A stretch of DNA of 63,988 nt, filler included, from an uncultured Methanoregulaceae archaeon (GTDB lineage Archaea; Halobacteriota; Methanomicrobia; Methanomicrobiales; Methanospirillaceae): the NCBI GenBank assembly GCA_964530035.1. It is 10 parts of 10 records of this genome, joined end to end, with 100 filler letters (N's around TTAATTAATTAA, not from the genome) between each part and the next. Parts side by side here need not be neighbours in the genome. Positions count along the whole stretch, not along the records: positions 20,090 to 26,595 come from CAZGXZ010000152.1; positions 26,696 to 33,156 come from CAZGXZ010000153.1; 8 more parts are not named here. One strand, written 5' to 3'. Shown here piece by piece: positions 20,902 through 31,876 of the stretch (positions are counted from its first letter, which is position 1; every line of letters starts with the position of its first letter). A model generated the notes under the pieces. That model was not told the origin of the DNA and did not search any database. It was given only the letters and a program-made list of their open reading frames with translations. The position numbers were made by a program, and so were the translations under genes.

Positions 20902-21681
20902 ATGAAACCTGCCAGAAAGATCCGCTTTGACAGGGTCGGGGATATCGCGATCATTCAGTACGATGCAGCACAAGAAGACCTCCACCCAGATCTTGCATCA
21001 TCCGTTTGGGCCCAGACGCCCGGCATCAGGCTGGTCGTTGTTAAAACATCAAGAGTGGAAGGTACAAAAAGGACCGCAGGGATGATGCCCGTATACGGCT
21101 CTGGTGATACCTGCACGACACACCGGGAGTTTGGTTTCAGGTACTACCTGGATATTGCCGGAGCATTTTTCAACCCAAGGCTTGCAGATGAAAGACGCAG
21201 AATCGCGCACCTCGTCACACCTGGAGAGCGAGTCCTTGTCCCTTTCGCGGGCGTCGGGCCGTTTGCAATACCCGCGGCTGCAAAGGGTGCAAAAGTCCTT
21301 GCAGTGGATTCCAACCGGGACGCGTGCCGCTGGTGTCAGGAAAATGCCCGCATCAATAAAGTCAACGATTTTTTGTCAGTCGTCCGGGCGGACATGATTA
21401 CCTTCCCAAACTTCCTTTCCGTCGAGTTTGACCGTATCATCTCCCCTTCACCATACGGGGTGAAAGGAGTTTTAAAGTCCCTTAAGCCACTTCTTAAAGA
21501 GGGCGGCACAATTCACTTCTATACATTTATATCATGCGACAAGGTGCCGGAATCAAAACGATGCATGGAACGCTCCGGGTGGAATGTGACGTATGTAAAA
21601 AAATGTGGAAATGTCGCCCCGGGGATCGGGCGTTTTGTCTTTGACATGGTCAGGGAAGGCCCCTCTATCCCGGGTTCCTGA
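20902..21681 (+). CDS. Trm5/TYW2-like (Met-10+) class I SAM-dependent tRNA transferase
   Basis: FDRVGDIAII, HREFGFRYYLD, FFNPRLADERRRI, PFAGVGPFAI. Confidence 0.85.
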   Translation: MKPARKIRFDRVGDIAIIQYDAAQEDLHPDLASSVWAQTPGIRLVVVKTSRVEGTKRTAGMMPVYGSGDTCTTHREFGFRYYLDIAGAFFNPRLADERRRIAHLVTPGERVLVPFAGVGPFAIPAAAKGAKVLAVDSNRDACRWCQENARINKVNDFLSVVRADMITFPNFLSVEFDRIISPSPYGVKGVLKSLKPLLKEGGTIHFYTFISCDKVPESKRCMERSGWNVTYVKKCGNVAPGIGRFVFDMVREGPSIPGS

Positions 21682-21738
21682 TTGCCGGATTTCTCCAAGA
21701 GGGGTGCACAGGCAGGGAGTCCCGTTGACCTGACTCCG

Positions 21739-22281
21739 TCATCCCTCATGGATGACAACAGCAGTGTCCCTGTCTTCCCATCTGGCACTGACCTTTCCAC
21801 AGCCTGCAATACTCCCATTTTTCACGTTATACAAGGTAAGCCTGATTTCCACGGGAGGTTTGACCGATCCCATGATGTCCGGGTCATAGGTCCAGTATAC
21901 CGGCTCTTCTCCTTTCGTACTGAATTTTTGCCCATGTTTTTCAACTATCCCGTTTATTCCCCCCCATGTGACAAAATACCCGAAATTAGTCTCCCAGGAC
22001 TGAATTACTGAACCGTTTACGGAGGGTTCCGGGGAAAGGCCGATCCCGATCGTCGAGGACATGAGCGGGATGTAACGGTCAGGGCTTGTTTCGATCTCAG
22101 TCCGGGTTATTCCAGGGTAAAGGGCATTTTTAAGGAGATAAACTATTTGAGCAATATTTTTGGGTATACTTTCCTCTGATACCTGTTTTATCTGTCCCTG
22201 GCAGGGTGCGGCATTGCAGCAAGTGAAAAGGACCGCTGAAACAAGCAGGATGCAAATGAAAATGGTTGGGCGAAAGACCAT
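21739..22281 (-). CDS. Hypothetical secreted protein
   Basis: Signal-peptide-like start MVFRPTIFICILLVSAVLFTCC; 180-aa open frame. Confidence 0.6.
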   Translation of the reverse strand: MVFRPTIFICILLVSAVLFTCCNAAPCQGQIKQVSEESIPKNIAQIVYLLKNALYPGITRTEIETSPDRYIPLMSSTIGIGLSPEPSVNGSVIQSWETNFGYFVTWGGINGIVEKHGQKFSTKGEEPVYWTYDPDIMGSVKPPVEIRLTLYNVKNGSIAGCGKVSARWEDRDTAVVIHEG

Positions 22282-22513
22282 GGGATGAGTATTCGGTTTT
22301 GCAGGTTTAGATTGCTTGTGCCCTGTCCAGACCCGGTAAAAGCACTTTGAGGGAACTCCGGATGGACCCCCGATACCCTGTATTACAGGGATTCCCATCT
22401 CAAAAAAGGAGGATAGGTGACTTCCAGAGAAATAACCCTATCTAACAGAGTCCCTGTTACACTCCACCAGGAGAGGCAACCAGTATAAAGGCCTGCGTAT
22501 AATGGTGTCACAT

Positions 22514-22723
22514 ATGAAATGCTATGTCTGCGCGAAGGCCGGGGTCGACCGGGACGCTGTTGCGGTCTGCATCATCTGCGGTATGAGTACCTGCATGGAG
22601 CACACAATCAGGAAAGAAACGGAGGTCTGGGAAGGCGGGTATCCGTTTCCGGCAAAGAAACTGCCCGTGAAGATACCCCGGATGTTCTGCCCGTACTGCG
22701 CAGAGGCCTATGAGAAGCGGTAG
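22514..22723 (+). CDS. DUF2180-family small zinc-finger protein
   Basis: MKCYVC...AVAVCIICGM..CMEH...GGYPFP...CPYC. Confidence 0.85.
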   Translation: MKCYVCAKAGVDRDAVAVCIICGMSTCMEHTIRKETEVWEGGYPFPAKKLPVKIPRMFCPYCAEAYEKR

Positions 22724-22860
22724 CAAGTGGAACGAACGGCTCCATACCGGGTTGATACGGACTATAAGACACATCGGGGGAGATTGTCACGCATTGCGGC
22801 TCACCTTCCGCGATTGCCCCGCACCTCCCCGGAGATCCTTCTGTCAGGCATTGAGGGCTG

Positions 22861-24913
22861 ATGTATTCCCTGCTCTGGCTGTGCACGGACGGCATAACCC
22901 GCCAGAGAACAGCCAATAAAGACGAATTTCTCAATATCATCCATATATCAAAAATCGGAGCCCTCCATGAAATAATCAGGACTCCTCCCTGGAACGGACT
23001 GGTCCTTGAATGCGGCAAGGATGGGAAGGATATCCACAAGATCGTACGGTCTGCCCGCACTCATGCACCTGGTATCCCGCTGGTCCTCGTGGAGGGAGGT
23101 ATGCCCAGGGAGGTCATCACGTCAGACTATCTTGCTGGTGCCGATCTGGTGATCCCGGATGACATGAATTTCCCGGCCCTTTTGAATCATATTCTCCAGG
23201 TCCTCCCCGTCCTGCTAAAAAACAGGATGCATCTGGCGCCCACAGGAGAACCAGGGAAAAAGGATGATCTTGAGTTCCTGCGGCGGTCAGCAATGGCCTT
23301 TGTCGATATGGGGGATGACGATAACATCTACCAGTACATCGGGAAACAGATACGGAGCTGGTTCCTGATGCTATTGTAGGGGTCTGCTCCTATGATCCTG
23401 TCCGGCGCCTGCTGACATTACGGACAATCGTGGCTGACGAAGAGGACCTAGCCCTTGTCAGGAGAGAGGGGCTTGGTGATATTATCCGGCATAGCTTCCC
23501 GGTCAATCGTGATCCATCTGCGGAGGTGTTGTTTCAAAAAAACACTCTTGAGGAGACCCCCTCCCTGTACCATATCCTTTTTAAAACTGTTCCTGAGGAG
23601 GTCTGCAGGGAGATCGAGGCACACCTTGACATCGGCAAGGGTTATTACATGGGTTTCACCTGTAGGGGAGGAATTTTCGGCAGTATTATCCTGAAAATCA
23701 AAGGCAGTGGGGATATCACGAACCACCGCCTTCTCGAAGCGTTTGTAAGTCAGGCCTCCGTGGCATTGCTAATAAGATATGCTAGGAAGCTCCAGAAACA
23801 GAGCGAAGAGCGGTACAGGGCAGTCGTTGAATCACAGACAGAGCTCATTGTCAGGTTTCTGCCAGATGGCACCCACCTCTTTATGAACGAGCCATACTGC
23901 CGTTATTTCAACATAGACCGGGCGCGAACGACGGGAAACCGGTTCAGGCCAAAGGTGTTCGATGAGGATAGGAAAAAGATGGCCTTCTATTTTAACTCTT
24001 TTTCTCTTAATGACCCGGTATCAACCATAGAACGCCGGATCACTCTTGCTGATGGTTCAGTCAGGTGGGTGGCAGTGGAATGACATGGCTTTTTTTGATA
24101 AAAATGGGAGGCTCGAGGAGTTCCAGTCAGTGGGAAGGGATATTACCAAGAGAAAGATGGCAGAGCAAAAACTGGCGCAGCTCTAGGCTGAGCTCGAACT
24201 CCGGGTGGCAGAACGGACGAGGGAACTCGAGGAGGCAAATGCCGATCTCACCCAGTTTACCTATGGGGTCTCCCATGATCTCCGTACTCCACTCAGGTCG
24301 ATTAATGGCTTCTCAGCAATTCTTCAAAAAGAACATGCGGCCCAGCTGTCTGGCGAAGCACAGGGGTATCTCAAAAGAATTCGTAAAACAAAGGTTCAAA
24401 TGGCTGCGAATGTTGACGGCCCCTTTGGTTTTTCGAGGGTCCGGAGCAAGGAATTTCACCGTGAAACAGTATTACCAGATCAAATCGTACAAAGCATGTT
24501 TGAGGAACTGTCCCTTCATCTGGACGGACGCGTCGTGAACCTCATCATGGGCGGCCTCCCACCCTGTAATGCAGATCCCGTCCTTGTCCGGCTCGTTTAT
24601 TCGAACCTCCTGGGAAACGCCATGAAATTCATCTCAATAAGGAATCCGGCGGTTATCGAGGTCGGAGCTTCACAGATAGAAAACCGGACTGTTTACTGGG
24701 TAAGGGACGATGGGATAGGCTTTGAACCCGGAAATGAAGAGCGTATTTTTTTCAATTTTCAAACGGGCACACGGTATGAAATTCTATGACGGGCACAGAC
24801 TCGGGCGGGCCCTTGTCAGGCATGCTGTCCTGTCCCTGGAGAGATGGAAAGTCCCAATTTTATTCAGGCGCTGCCGGGGGGATATTACCCTGGGCCTCTG
24901 CCTCAGATCGTGA
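22861..24913 (+). pseudogene. Disrupted GAF/PAS sensor histidine kinase
   Basis: Domains continue across frameshifts at ~23355, ~24070 and ~24755 and through an in-frame TAG at 24184-24186; HisKA SHDLRTPL, N-box NLLGNAMKF, G1 DDGIGF. Confidence 0.85.
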
Positions 24914-26548
24914 TGTGAGCAACAGCCTGATACTCCCGTGGCTATCTGAAAGGGTACGCTCCCATCGTTTTTCAGTGATGATGTGGGTATAGAAATCATC
25001 CTCGAGCACGATGACGAATAATTCCCTGCCAGCATCATACAGGAGATCGATCACAGGGGTCCCCTGCCACCGCAGCTCCTCCCCCTGGCCAGATGTGAAA
25101 ACGGTCGTCCCTGCAGGATAGCCTATCTCCTCAAGAACAAATTTTCCGCCATTTTTACCACATCGAAACACAATCCGTATACGTCGTTCAGCAGGGTGGT
25201 ATACCAGTTCAAAATTGTTCCATGCACACCTGATTTCCGGGTCTGACCAGGTCCCGGTCCTGGTAAACTCCCAGGGTTTGACCGAAGAGCTACAGGCGGT
25301 AGCCAGGTTCTTCACAATTCGACTGTATTTTTCGTTTTCAGGCATGGTGACGAGGACGAATTGTCCGGATACCTCGTTAAAACGCATGGTCCCTACGGCA
25401 TTCTGCTGTGATAGCCAAAAACCACGCAGGAGGGGTGGCGTATCCATAGAAGCCCCATTGTCCTGGAGGAACCGTATGACGAACACTGACCTGCCCTGGC
25501 CGGGTTCTGGCGTCCCTGTACCTGCCCTGACCAGGATGTCACCCCGGGAAATCCCGGAATGAAGAGAATCCAGGGGTCTTGCACTCTTCCATGCTGCAGA
25601 AAGGACGGCGCATGCCCGGGCCTCGAACCCGAAATCCCGGTTCTGCGACCTGTCAAAAAAAACTGAGGCAATATACCGGCGTATATCCCGGATAAACGCT
25701 TGTGTTTCAGGTTGCACTGCCTGGAGACGCCACTCATCGCATTCCCTGAGCCGTGAAAAGGGAATGAACATTCGTGACGACAGGGTGTCTTCACCGGGCC
25801 GGTCCCCTGATGGCCCGCGGGAGACCCTGGGAACCTGCCCGGGAACAGGTCCGAGACCAGCATACACAGGCCCAATCCCATCGACATCCATGATAAGTGA
25901 AATGGCAGTCTGTGAGTCAGCCCGGACGGTGTAAACAACGTCCCCTGCCCCGAACGCCTTGTAACCCGCTGTAGGCCTTGCGAACCTGAACAATTCGTCA
26001 AGGCGTCCATGGAGTGCGGTGAGCTCCCGCGATACAATCCGGGAATGATACTCATCAGGAGAGAGCAAACACACAAAGCCCTCATTACCAGGTACTGGGT
26101 ATCCCGGGAATGCTTTCCTGACCCTTTCGGCGATATCCCCTTTGAGGGCGAGGTACAATCGTCCCGAAGGGTTATCGTATAACAGGGAATGGAACGGATC
26201 ACCTTCTGCCAGAATATGCTTCCTCTCTCCTGCCCATTCTACGAAGAAGACCATTCCCGCGCTCACTTTTTCATTCATAATCCATCCGGCCTCCAGGTCA
26301 GGGGTGCTTTCCAAGGGTTTCCCGGCACTGGTGTAGCTGACCGACCAGCCGGGTCCGGGACCTGCGACGATCCTCACCCGAAATGAGCCTGTTGAAAAAT
26401 CGCGTATGATTTTATCGTTATGGTATTGAATTGCCCCTGGTGGATAGAGGACCTCATGACAGACCTGCTTTTCAAGACCCTTGGACGCCCATACCAAGTG
26501 GATCGACCTCATGACAAGGTCTGCAGTCGGGATGCCCGCGTTCATCAT
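24860..26548 (-). CDS. Hypothetical protein, 562 aa
   Basis: Long uninterrupted ORF; no family recognised. Confidence 0.65.
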   Translation of the reverse strand: MMNAGIPTADLVMRSIHLVWASKGLEKQVCHEVLYPPGAIQYHNDKIIRDFSTGSFRVRIVAGPGPGWSVSYTSAGKPLESTPDLEAGWIMNEKVSAGMVFFVEWAGERKHILAEGDPFHSLLYDNPSGRLYLALKGDIAERVRKAFPGYPVPGNEGFVCLLSPDEYHSRIVSRELTALHGRLDELFRFARPTAGYKAFGAGDVVYTVRADSQTAISLIMDVDGIGPVYAGLGPVPGQVPRVSRGPSGDRPGEDTLSSRMFIPFSRLRECDEWRLQAVQPETQAFIRDIRRYIASVFFDRSQNRDFGFEARACAVLSAAWKSARPLDSLHSGISRGDILVRAGTGTPEPGQGRSVFVIRFLQDNGASMDTPPLLRGFWLSQQNAVGTMRFNEVSGQFVLVTMPENEKYSRIVKNLATACSSSVKPWEFTRTGTWSDPEIRCAWNNFELVYHPAERRIRIVFRCGKNGGKFVLEEIGYPAGTTVFTSGQGEELRWQGTPVIDLLYDAGRELFVIVLEDDFYTHIITEKRWERTLSDSHGSIRLLLTSRSEAEAQGNIPPAAPE

Positions 26549-26695
26549 GGAACCGGGGCATTCCTCCTGTACAATGGGGGAATTGATGCGATAATNNNNN
26601 NNNNNNNNNNNNNNNNNNNNNNNNNNNNNNNNNNNNNNNTTAATTAATTAANNNNNNNNNNNNNNNNNNNNNNNNNNNNNNNNNNNNNNNNNNNN

Positions 26696-26745
26696 GCGAC
26701 GGACTCTTAATCCGTAGGTCAAGGGTTCAAATCCCTTCAGGCCCG
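26696..26745 (+). tRNA. tRNA-Lys(CTT), 5' part cut by contig start
   Basis: Anticodon arm ACGGA-CT-CTT-AA-TCCGT, T-arm AAGGG-TTCAAAT-CCCTT, acceptor 3' strand CAGGCCC-G. Confidence 0.9.
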
Positions 26746-26984
26746 CTCCGTTTTTCATGAAATTACTATCATAGGAGTTCCTGGTGGCCGGATTCCTACT
26801 AATTCAAATCATGCATCTATGCATTGCATAGCTGCACGGCATAGATATATATGCTCTATGATTAACATTAGAGAAAGGACAATTTTAATGGGAAATTGGA
26901 TTTTTTTTAGATGGTCTGGTGGTCCTTCAGTTCGTTTTCAGATACTGAAACAGGTGCCCGGTACCTTTTCATGGAGGGGTCCTG

Positions 26985-28955
26985 ATGCCTGACCCTGCCG
27001 GGTCTGTCCCCCCCTCTTCCCACGACATCCGCCCGGACGACCCGCTTCAGAACCTGGCTTCTTTTCTTGAGCACCACCCGCTCGCGACATTCGCGATTGA
27101 TTCCTCTGGCTCGGTCGTTTTCTGGAACAGGGAGATAGCCCGCCTGACAGGGATACCTCCTTCAGGGGTCCTTGGCAGGAGCGACCATGTCTATGCGGTC
27201 CCGTTTTATGGGACACCAAGGAACATGCTGATCGATTATGCCGCGTCACCCGGCCTCTGGTGCGATCCCGGTCATTATTCCCGTTTCCAGAGAGAGGGGG
27301 ACCTGGTGATCGGGGAGACCCGGGTAACCATGCCCGACGGGACCGTCCGTCACCTTTCCGGGGTGGCCTCACCGGTGTTTGACGGTTCGGGTGTCCGGAT
27401 CGGGGCTATCGAGACGGTCATAGACCACCGCGAGCCCTGGTGCCGGGAGGTACCGGGAGGTGAAGCGGCGGGGTCCCTGGCCCCTGTGTTCTACCGGAGC
27501 ATCTTTGAGTCCATTCATGAGGCGGTCTTTGTCAAGGACCCTCAGAACCGTTTCATTTTTCTCAACAAGGCTGCCCGGGATTTGATACGTGACGGGAAGG
27601 ACACTGGTGATCCGGTCAAGCTTACGGAGGCGGAACATCAGGAAATGAACCGTATCGGGCTGCCGGGGATGTCCTCCCTCCTCACCCTCGGGGAGCATGA
27701 CGGCAGGGAGGACGCCCGGGTCACCTGCACGGAACGGGACATGCATTACCACGATTACGGCTACCTGAACGGTACACTTGCCTGCATCGACCTGTACAGG
27801 GCAGCTGTCAGAGACGACGAGGGCCGGGTCCTCGGGACGGTCGGTATCGCGAGGAATATTTCCTCGGAAAAAGTCCGTGAAAGCCTGATCCAGGAAAAGG
27901 AGGAGAGGTCCAGCACCATCATCGCCCACCTGTCGGCCGGGATATGCGTCTCCGACCGGGACGGCGTGATCATCGAGTGGAACAACCGGTGCAGGGATAT
28001 TACCGGGCACGAAAGCCACTCGACCCTCGGGCGAAGGGTGTGGGAGATATGGGCGAATATGAAGGACCCAAACCCGGGATCAGGCCAGTCCGTCCAGGAT
28101 GCCCGCAACTGGTTTTCCGGCATGCTTTCCAACCCCCTCCCGGAACAGGGGTTTTATGAGGCTGAGACCACGCTGGCCCACTATGACGGAAAAAAACGGA
28201 TACTCCTGGTCAGGTCGACTCCGCTTGAGACCCTTTCGGGACAGGTCCTGTGCAATGAAGTGTACGATGTGACCCGGGAGCGTGAGGTGGAGATGGACCT
28301 CCGTGAAAGCACGCGGAAGCTGGAACTCCTCACTGGTGTCACCCGTCACGATATCCTGAACCAGCTCACCACGCTGTCCGGGTTTATCGAGCTTGCCCGC
28401 CACTGCAGCGACGAGGCGGAGCTCCAGGACGTCATCAGGCACCAGGAAGAGATAATCCGCAGGATCGAGGAACACATCCTGTTTTCAAGAAATTACCAGA
28501 GTATCGGGAACAGTTCCCCGCAATGGCAGTCCTTGTCACGGGTCATGGAACGGATCTCGGACGGGATGATCGAGACCGAGGGCATCATCTTCACCTCGGT
28601 AGGCACCGTGGAGGTCTTCGCAGACCCGCTCCTGCCGAAGGTATTCTTCAATATCATCGAGAACTCCTTCAGGCATGGCGGTGCGGTCAGCAGGATTGAC
28701 ATACGGTGTGAGAAAACGCCTGAAGGGTGCACGATCACCTTCGAGGACGACGGGTGCGGGGTCAGTGCTGGTGAAAAGGACCTCATTTTCCGGCAGGGGT
28801 ATGGGAAAAACACCGGTCTTGGCCTGTTCCTTAGCCGCGAGATCCTCCGTATAACGGATATCCGCATCCGGGAGACAGGCATCCCGGGGAAGGGGGCCAG
28901 GTTCGAACTCAACGTACCTGCGTGCAACACGCGGGACCCGGGTCCGAAACCCTGA
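26985..28955 (+). CDS. Multi-PAS sensor histidine kinase
   Basis: Three PAS segments; TRHDILNQL H-box, NIIENSFRHG, FEDDGCG, GKNTGLGLFLSREIL. Confidence 0.93.
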   Translation: MPDPAGSVPPSSHDIRPDDPLQNLASFLEHHPLATFAIDSSGSVVFWNREIARLTGIPPSGVLGRSDHVYAVPFYGTPRNMLIDYAASPGLWCDPGHYSRFQREGDLVIGETRVTMPDGTVRHLSGVASPVFDGSGVRIGAIETVIDHREPWCREVPGGEAAGSLAPVFYRSIFESIHEAVFVKDPQNRFIFLNKAARDLIRDGKDTGDPVKLTEAEHQEMNRIGLPGMSSLLTLGEHDGREDARVTCTERDMHYHDYGYLNGTLACIDLYRAAVRDDEGRVLGTVGIARNISSEKVRESLIQEKEERSSTIIAHLSAGICVSDRDGVIIEWNNRCRDITGHESHSTLGRRVWEIWANMKDPNPGSGQSVQDARNWFSGMLSNPLPEQGFYEAETTLAHYDGKKRILLVRSTPLETLSGQVLCNEVYDVTREREVEMDLRESTRKLELLTGVTRHDILNQLTTLSGFIELARHCSDEAELQDVIRHQEEIIRRIEEHILFSRNYQSIGNSSPQWQSLSRVMERISDGMIETEGIIFTSVGTVEVFADPLLPKVFFNIIENSFRHGGAVSRIDIRCEKTPEGCTITFEDDGCGVSAGEKDLIFRQGYGKNTGLGLFLSREILRITDIRIRETGIPGKGARFELNVPACNTRDPGPKP

Positions 28956-29018
28956 TGTCATCCCGGGTATGCCGGGCAGTCCAAAACGGGGAAAATTCCG
29001 TCCGGCTGCTGATGGTCG

Positions 29019-29906
29019 TCATGAACCTATTTTGAAGAGCATCTCCTCGAGGCTCGGGTAATGCGACTCGATGCGCTCGACTCGACCCGCGTTCCCGGAT
29101 ATCACCGACGTGATCGTGTTCATCTCCGGGATATCGGCAGCGACCGTGTGAAACATCCCAGCGTCCCGGTCCACCGTGGCGATGGCGGCTACAGGCCCGG
29201 GGTCGGGGATGGTGAAGTAGATGGTGTAGGTAAGGCTGCCGAAACGATCGCGGAGCTCCTGGATGGAACCCATGGCGATCATCTGTCCCCGTTTCAGGAT
29301 CATGATACAGTCACAGATCTCCTCGATCTGGAAGAGGTTGTGGGCCGAGAGGACCATGGTCTTGTCCCGTGAGCGGAGTTCCTTGATGTACTCGATGATG
29401 AAGCGGGATGTCATCGGGTCAAGGCCAGAGGTCGGTTCGTCATAGACGAGGAAGGACGGGTCATGGATCAGTGACCGTGCGATGGCGACCTTTCTCCGCA
29501 TCCCTTTCGAAAAGTTCCCGATCTTCTTCCCATCAGGGTTCAGTTCGAGGGCGGCGAGGAGCTGCGACTCCCGCCCGGCGATGGTCTCCCTGGAAAGGCC
29601 GTACAGCTGCCCGAAGAACGTAAGGTAGTCATGGACCGTCATGGTGTCGTACAGGCGGGACTCCTCGGGGAGATATCCCAGCGAGTTCTTGGCCGCCATC
29701 GGGTCGGCGATGATGTCCCGGCCATTGACCAGGATCGTTCCGGACGTCGGCCTTATGAGGCCGGAGATGATTTTCAGGAGCGTGGTCTTTCCGGCGCCGT
29801 TGTGACCGATGATGCCGCATATCTGTCCTTTTTCACATGAAAACGAGATATTGTCAAGGGCGTTCACGCCGTTGTACTGCTTGGAAAGCCCGTTCGCCTG
29901 TATCAT
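29019..29906 (-). CDS. ABC-2-type transporter ATP-binding protein
   Basis: GHNGAGKTT, FSKGM signature, YDEPTSGLD, H-loop SAH. Confidence 0.95.
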   Translation of the reverse strand: MIQANGLSKQYNGVNALDNISFSCEKGQICGIIGHNGAGKTTLLKIISGLIRPTSGTILVNGRDIIADPMAAKNSLGYLPEESRLYDTMTVHDYLTFFGQLYGLSRETIAGRESQLLAALELNPDGKKIGNFSKGMRRKVAIARSLIHDPSFLVYDEPTSGLDPMTSRFIIEYIKELRSRDKTMVLSAHNLFQIEEICDCIMILKRGQMIAMGSIQELRDRFGSLTYTIYFTIPDPGPVAAIATVDRDAGMFHTVAADIPEMNTITSVISGNAGRVERIESHYPSLEEMLFKIGS

Positions 29907-30054
29907 GGTTGGGGTACCGTCTGTTATGGTTCCCCGGATATGAAAGCTTTTGTCGCTGCAACCGTCCCTGATGAGAAGACTCTTCCAAAGCCTGCCCTTT
30001 CAGCACGGTTCATATACCTTTTAAGACACATTTCACAGAAGCACGGACCTGGAA

Positions 30055-31876
30055 ATGGGATCGGGATGGGCGCGGGGAGCGCTTATTATTGCAGGATGGG
30101 AGGTCAGGCGCCTTTTTTCGTCCATGAGCCGGGATGTGGCGCCACTTTCCATCGGCCTTATCATCCTCCTCGTACTGGTCACCGGGGTATCGACCCAGAG
30201 CGGTTTCCACATGAGCGACGGCATGTACCGCATCGGGGCCGACGACCCTGTATACGGCCGCCTTTTCGCCGGAGACAACCGGTTCGAGGTCATCCTCGCT
30301 GATACCGCGACCCTTGACCGCGACAGGAGGCAGTTCGACCTGGTCATCGTCCAGGGATTTGTCTCCCGCCCTGTCACAGAAAAGGGAAGGGCGGCTTTTA
30401 ATGCCCTTTCAAAGGACTATGAGCGATATGTCGGCTTTATCTACAACCAGCAGACCGACCTCTTCGCTGCCTATCCCCTCTGGATCGACACCCAGTATGT
30501 CAAGAGCGAACTGGACTTCCTGGCCACCCAGCAGGGCGAGCGGCTGTTTGGCCCTGGGCAGCAGTCAGGGCNNNNNNNNNNCCGTCCCGGACCTGCCGTA
30601 CGAAACGGTTGAAATCCCTTCGGGCTCGATGGGAGTGAGCACCGACCAGCTCCGCCAGGAGATCTCGAGGGGAATGGCGACCGACCCGAGACTGTCCAGG
30701 TACAGCGAGATGGTCACCGGGCAGAAGACGCTCGGGACATTCAAGACCCCATCCATGCTCTCGCCTCCCCTGCCGTTCGACTCGATCATCCTGGTCTTTG
30801 TCTTTATCTTCCCCCTGTACTTCACGTCGCAGTTCTTCATGATGTCCATGATGAACGAACGAATCGGACGACGCGGTGAAGCCCTTTTATCAGTCCCGCT
30901 CCCTGGCTTCATCGTCCTCATAGGAAAGGCCCTTCCCTACCTCATCGGGATGGTCGGCATATCCCTCGGCCTCACGGTCTTCCTAAAGGCACCCCTTGCC
31001 ATCATCCTGCCGCTCATACCGGTCATCCTGTTCTTCCTCGCCTCAGCCCTCCTGATCGGCATGGTCTCACGGTCTTTCAAGGAGCTCTCCTTCATCTCCA
31101 TCTTCTTCTCGACCGTTGCGACCTCATACCTGTTCTTCCCGACCATCTTCGCGAACGTCCATGTCATCTCGAAGGTCTCCCCGCTGACCCTGATCGTCCT
31201 CACGATGCAGGGGACGGGGTACACCGTCTCGGATTATATCTATGCGACGAGCCTGTTCTTCCTGACCGCGGCCGTCCTCTTCTATGCATGCGTCTGTTCC
31301 TTTTCAGAGGAGCACCTGTTCTCCGAACGACCGCTCCTCGTTAAGCTCCGGGCGATGGTCGCCGGGATGATGTCGCGGCGTCACCCGTTCGCCACGCTGT
31401 TCATTTTTTCCGTCCTGCTCATCCCGTTCGTCTTCATGGCCCAGTTGATGTACCTGGTCCTCTTTTTCATCCTGCCCATGCCGCTGTCCCTCGTCGTGCT
31501 GCTCGTCCTTGCAGCCTTCACCGAGGAGCTGGCAAAGTCAATCGGTGTGTTTGCCCTGTTTGAACGGTTCCCGGATATCTTCACCTGGAAAAACGGGATT
31601 ATCGCCGCATTCGTGGTTGCAGCCGGCTTCCTCGTCGGTGAAAAGCTCCTCCTTTTCGTGACCCTGTCGCAGATCACCGAGTCGGTCTTCGGGTCGGTGC
31701 TCTTCCTGTCGACAGGGATGCTGGTCCTCCCGCTTCTCCTCCACTTCTGCTGTACCGCGATCGTCGTCACCGGGCTGAAACTCGAACGGAAGACCGGGTA
31801 CTATGCAGGCCTTGCCCTTGCCACCGTCGTGCACTGCATCTACAATATCGCCATCATCGGAGGTGTCTTTTCATGA
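30055..31876 (+). CDS. ABC-2 permease fused to a C-terminal PrsW-like intramembrane protease domain (single gene spanning a 10-N scaffold gap at 30572-30581)
   Basis: ORFs 30055-30612 and 30314-31876 join at the gap; permease motif ERIGRRGEALL; PrsW-like FTEELAK, GFLVGEK, LLH, HCIYN. Confidence 0.8.

Noticed and set aside
24184..24186. In-frame TAG as a pyrrolysine codon
   Set aside because: The same gene has three frameshifts and no pyl genes are visible; decay is the simpler explanation.
26696..26900. tRNA-Lys 3' end as the att site of an integrated element
   Set aside because: The fragment is cut by the contig start, no integrase or duplicated tRNA end is in view, and the downstream genes look like ordinary host genes.
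30572..30581. Programmed or real frameshift in the ABC permease
   Set aside because: The frame change coincides with a 10-N scaffold gap of arbitrary length.
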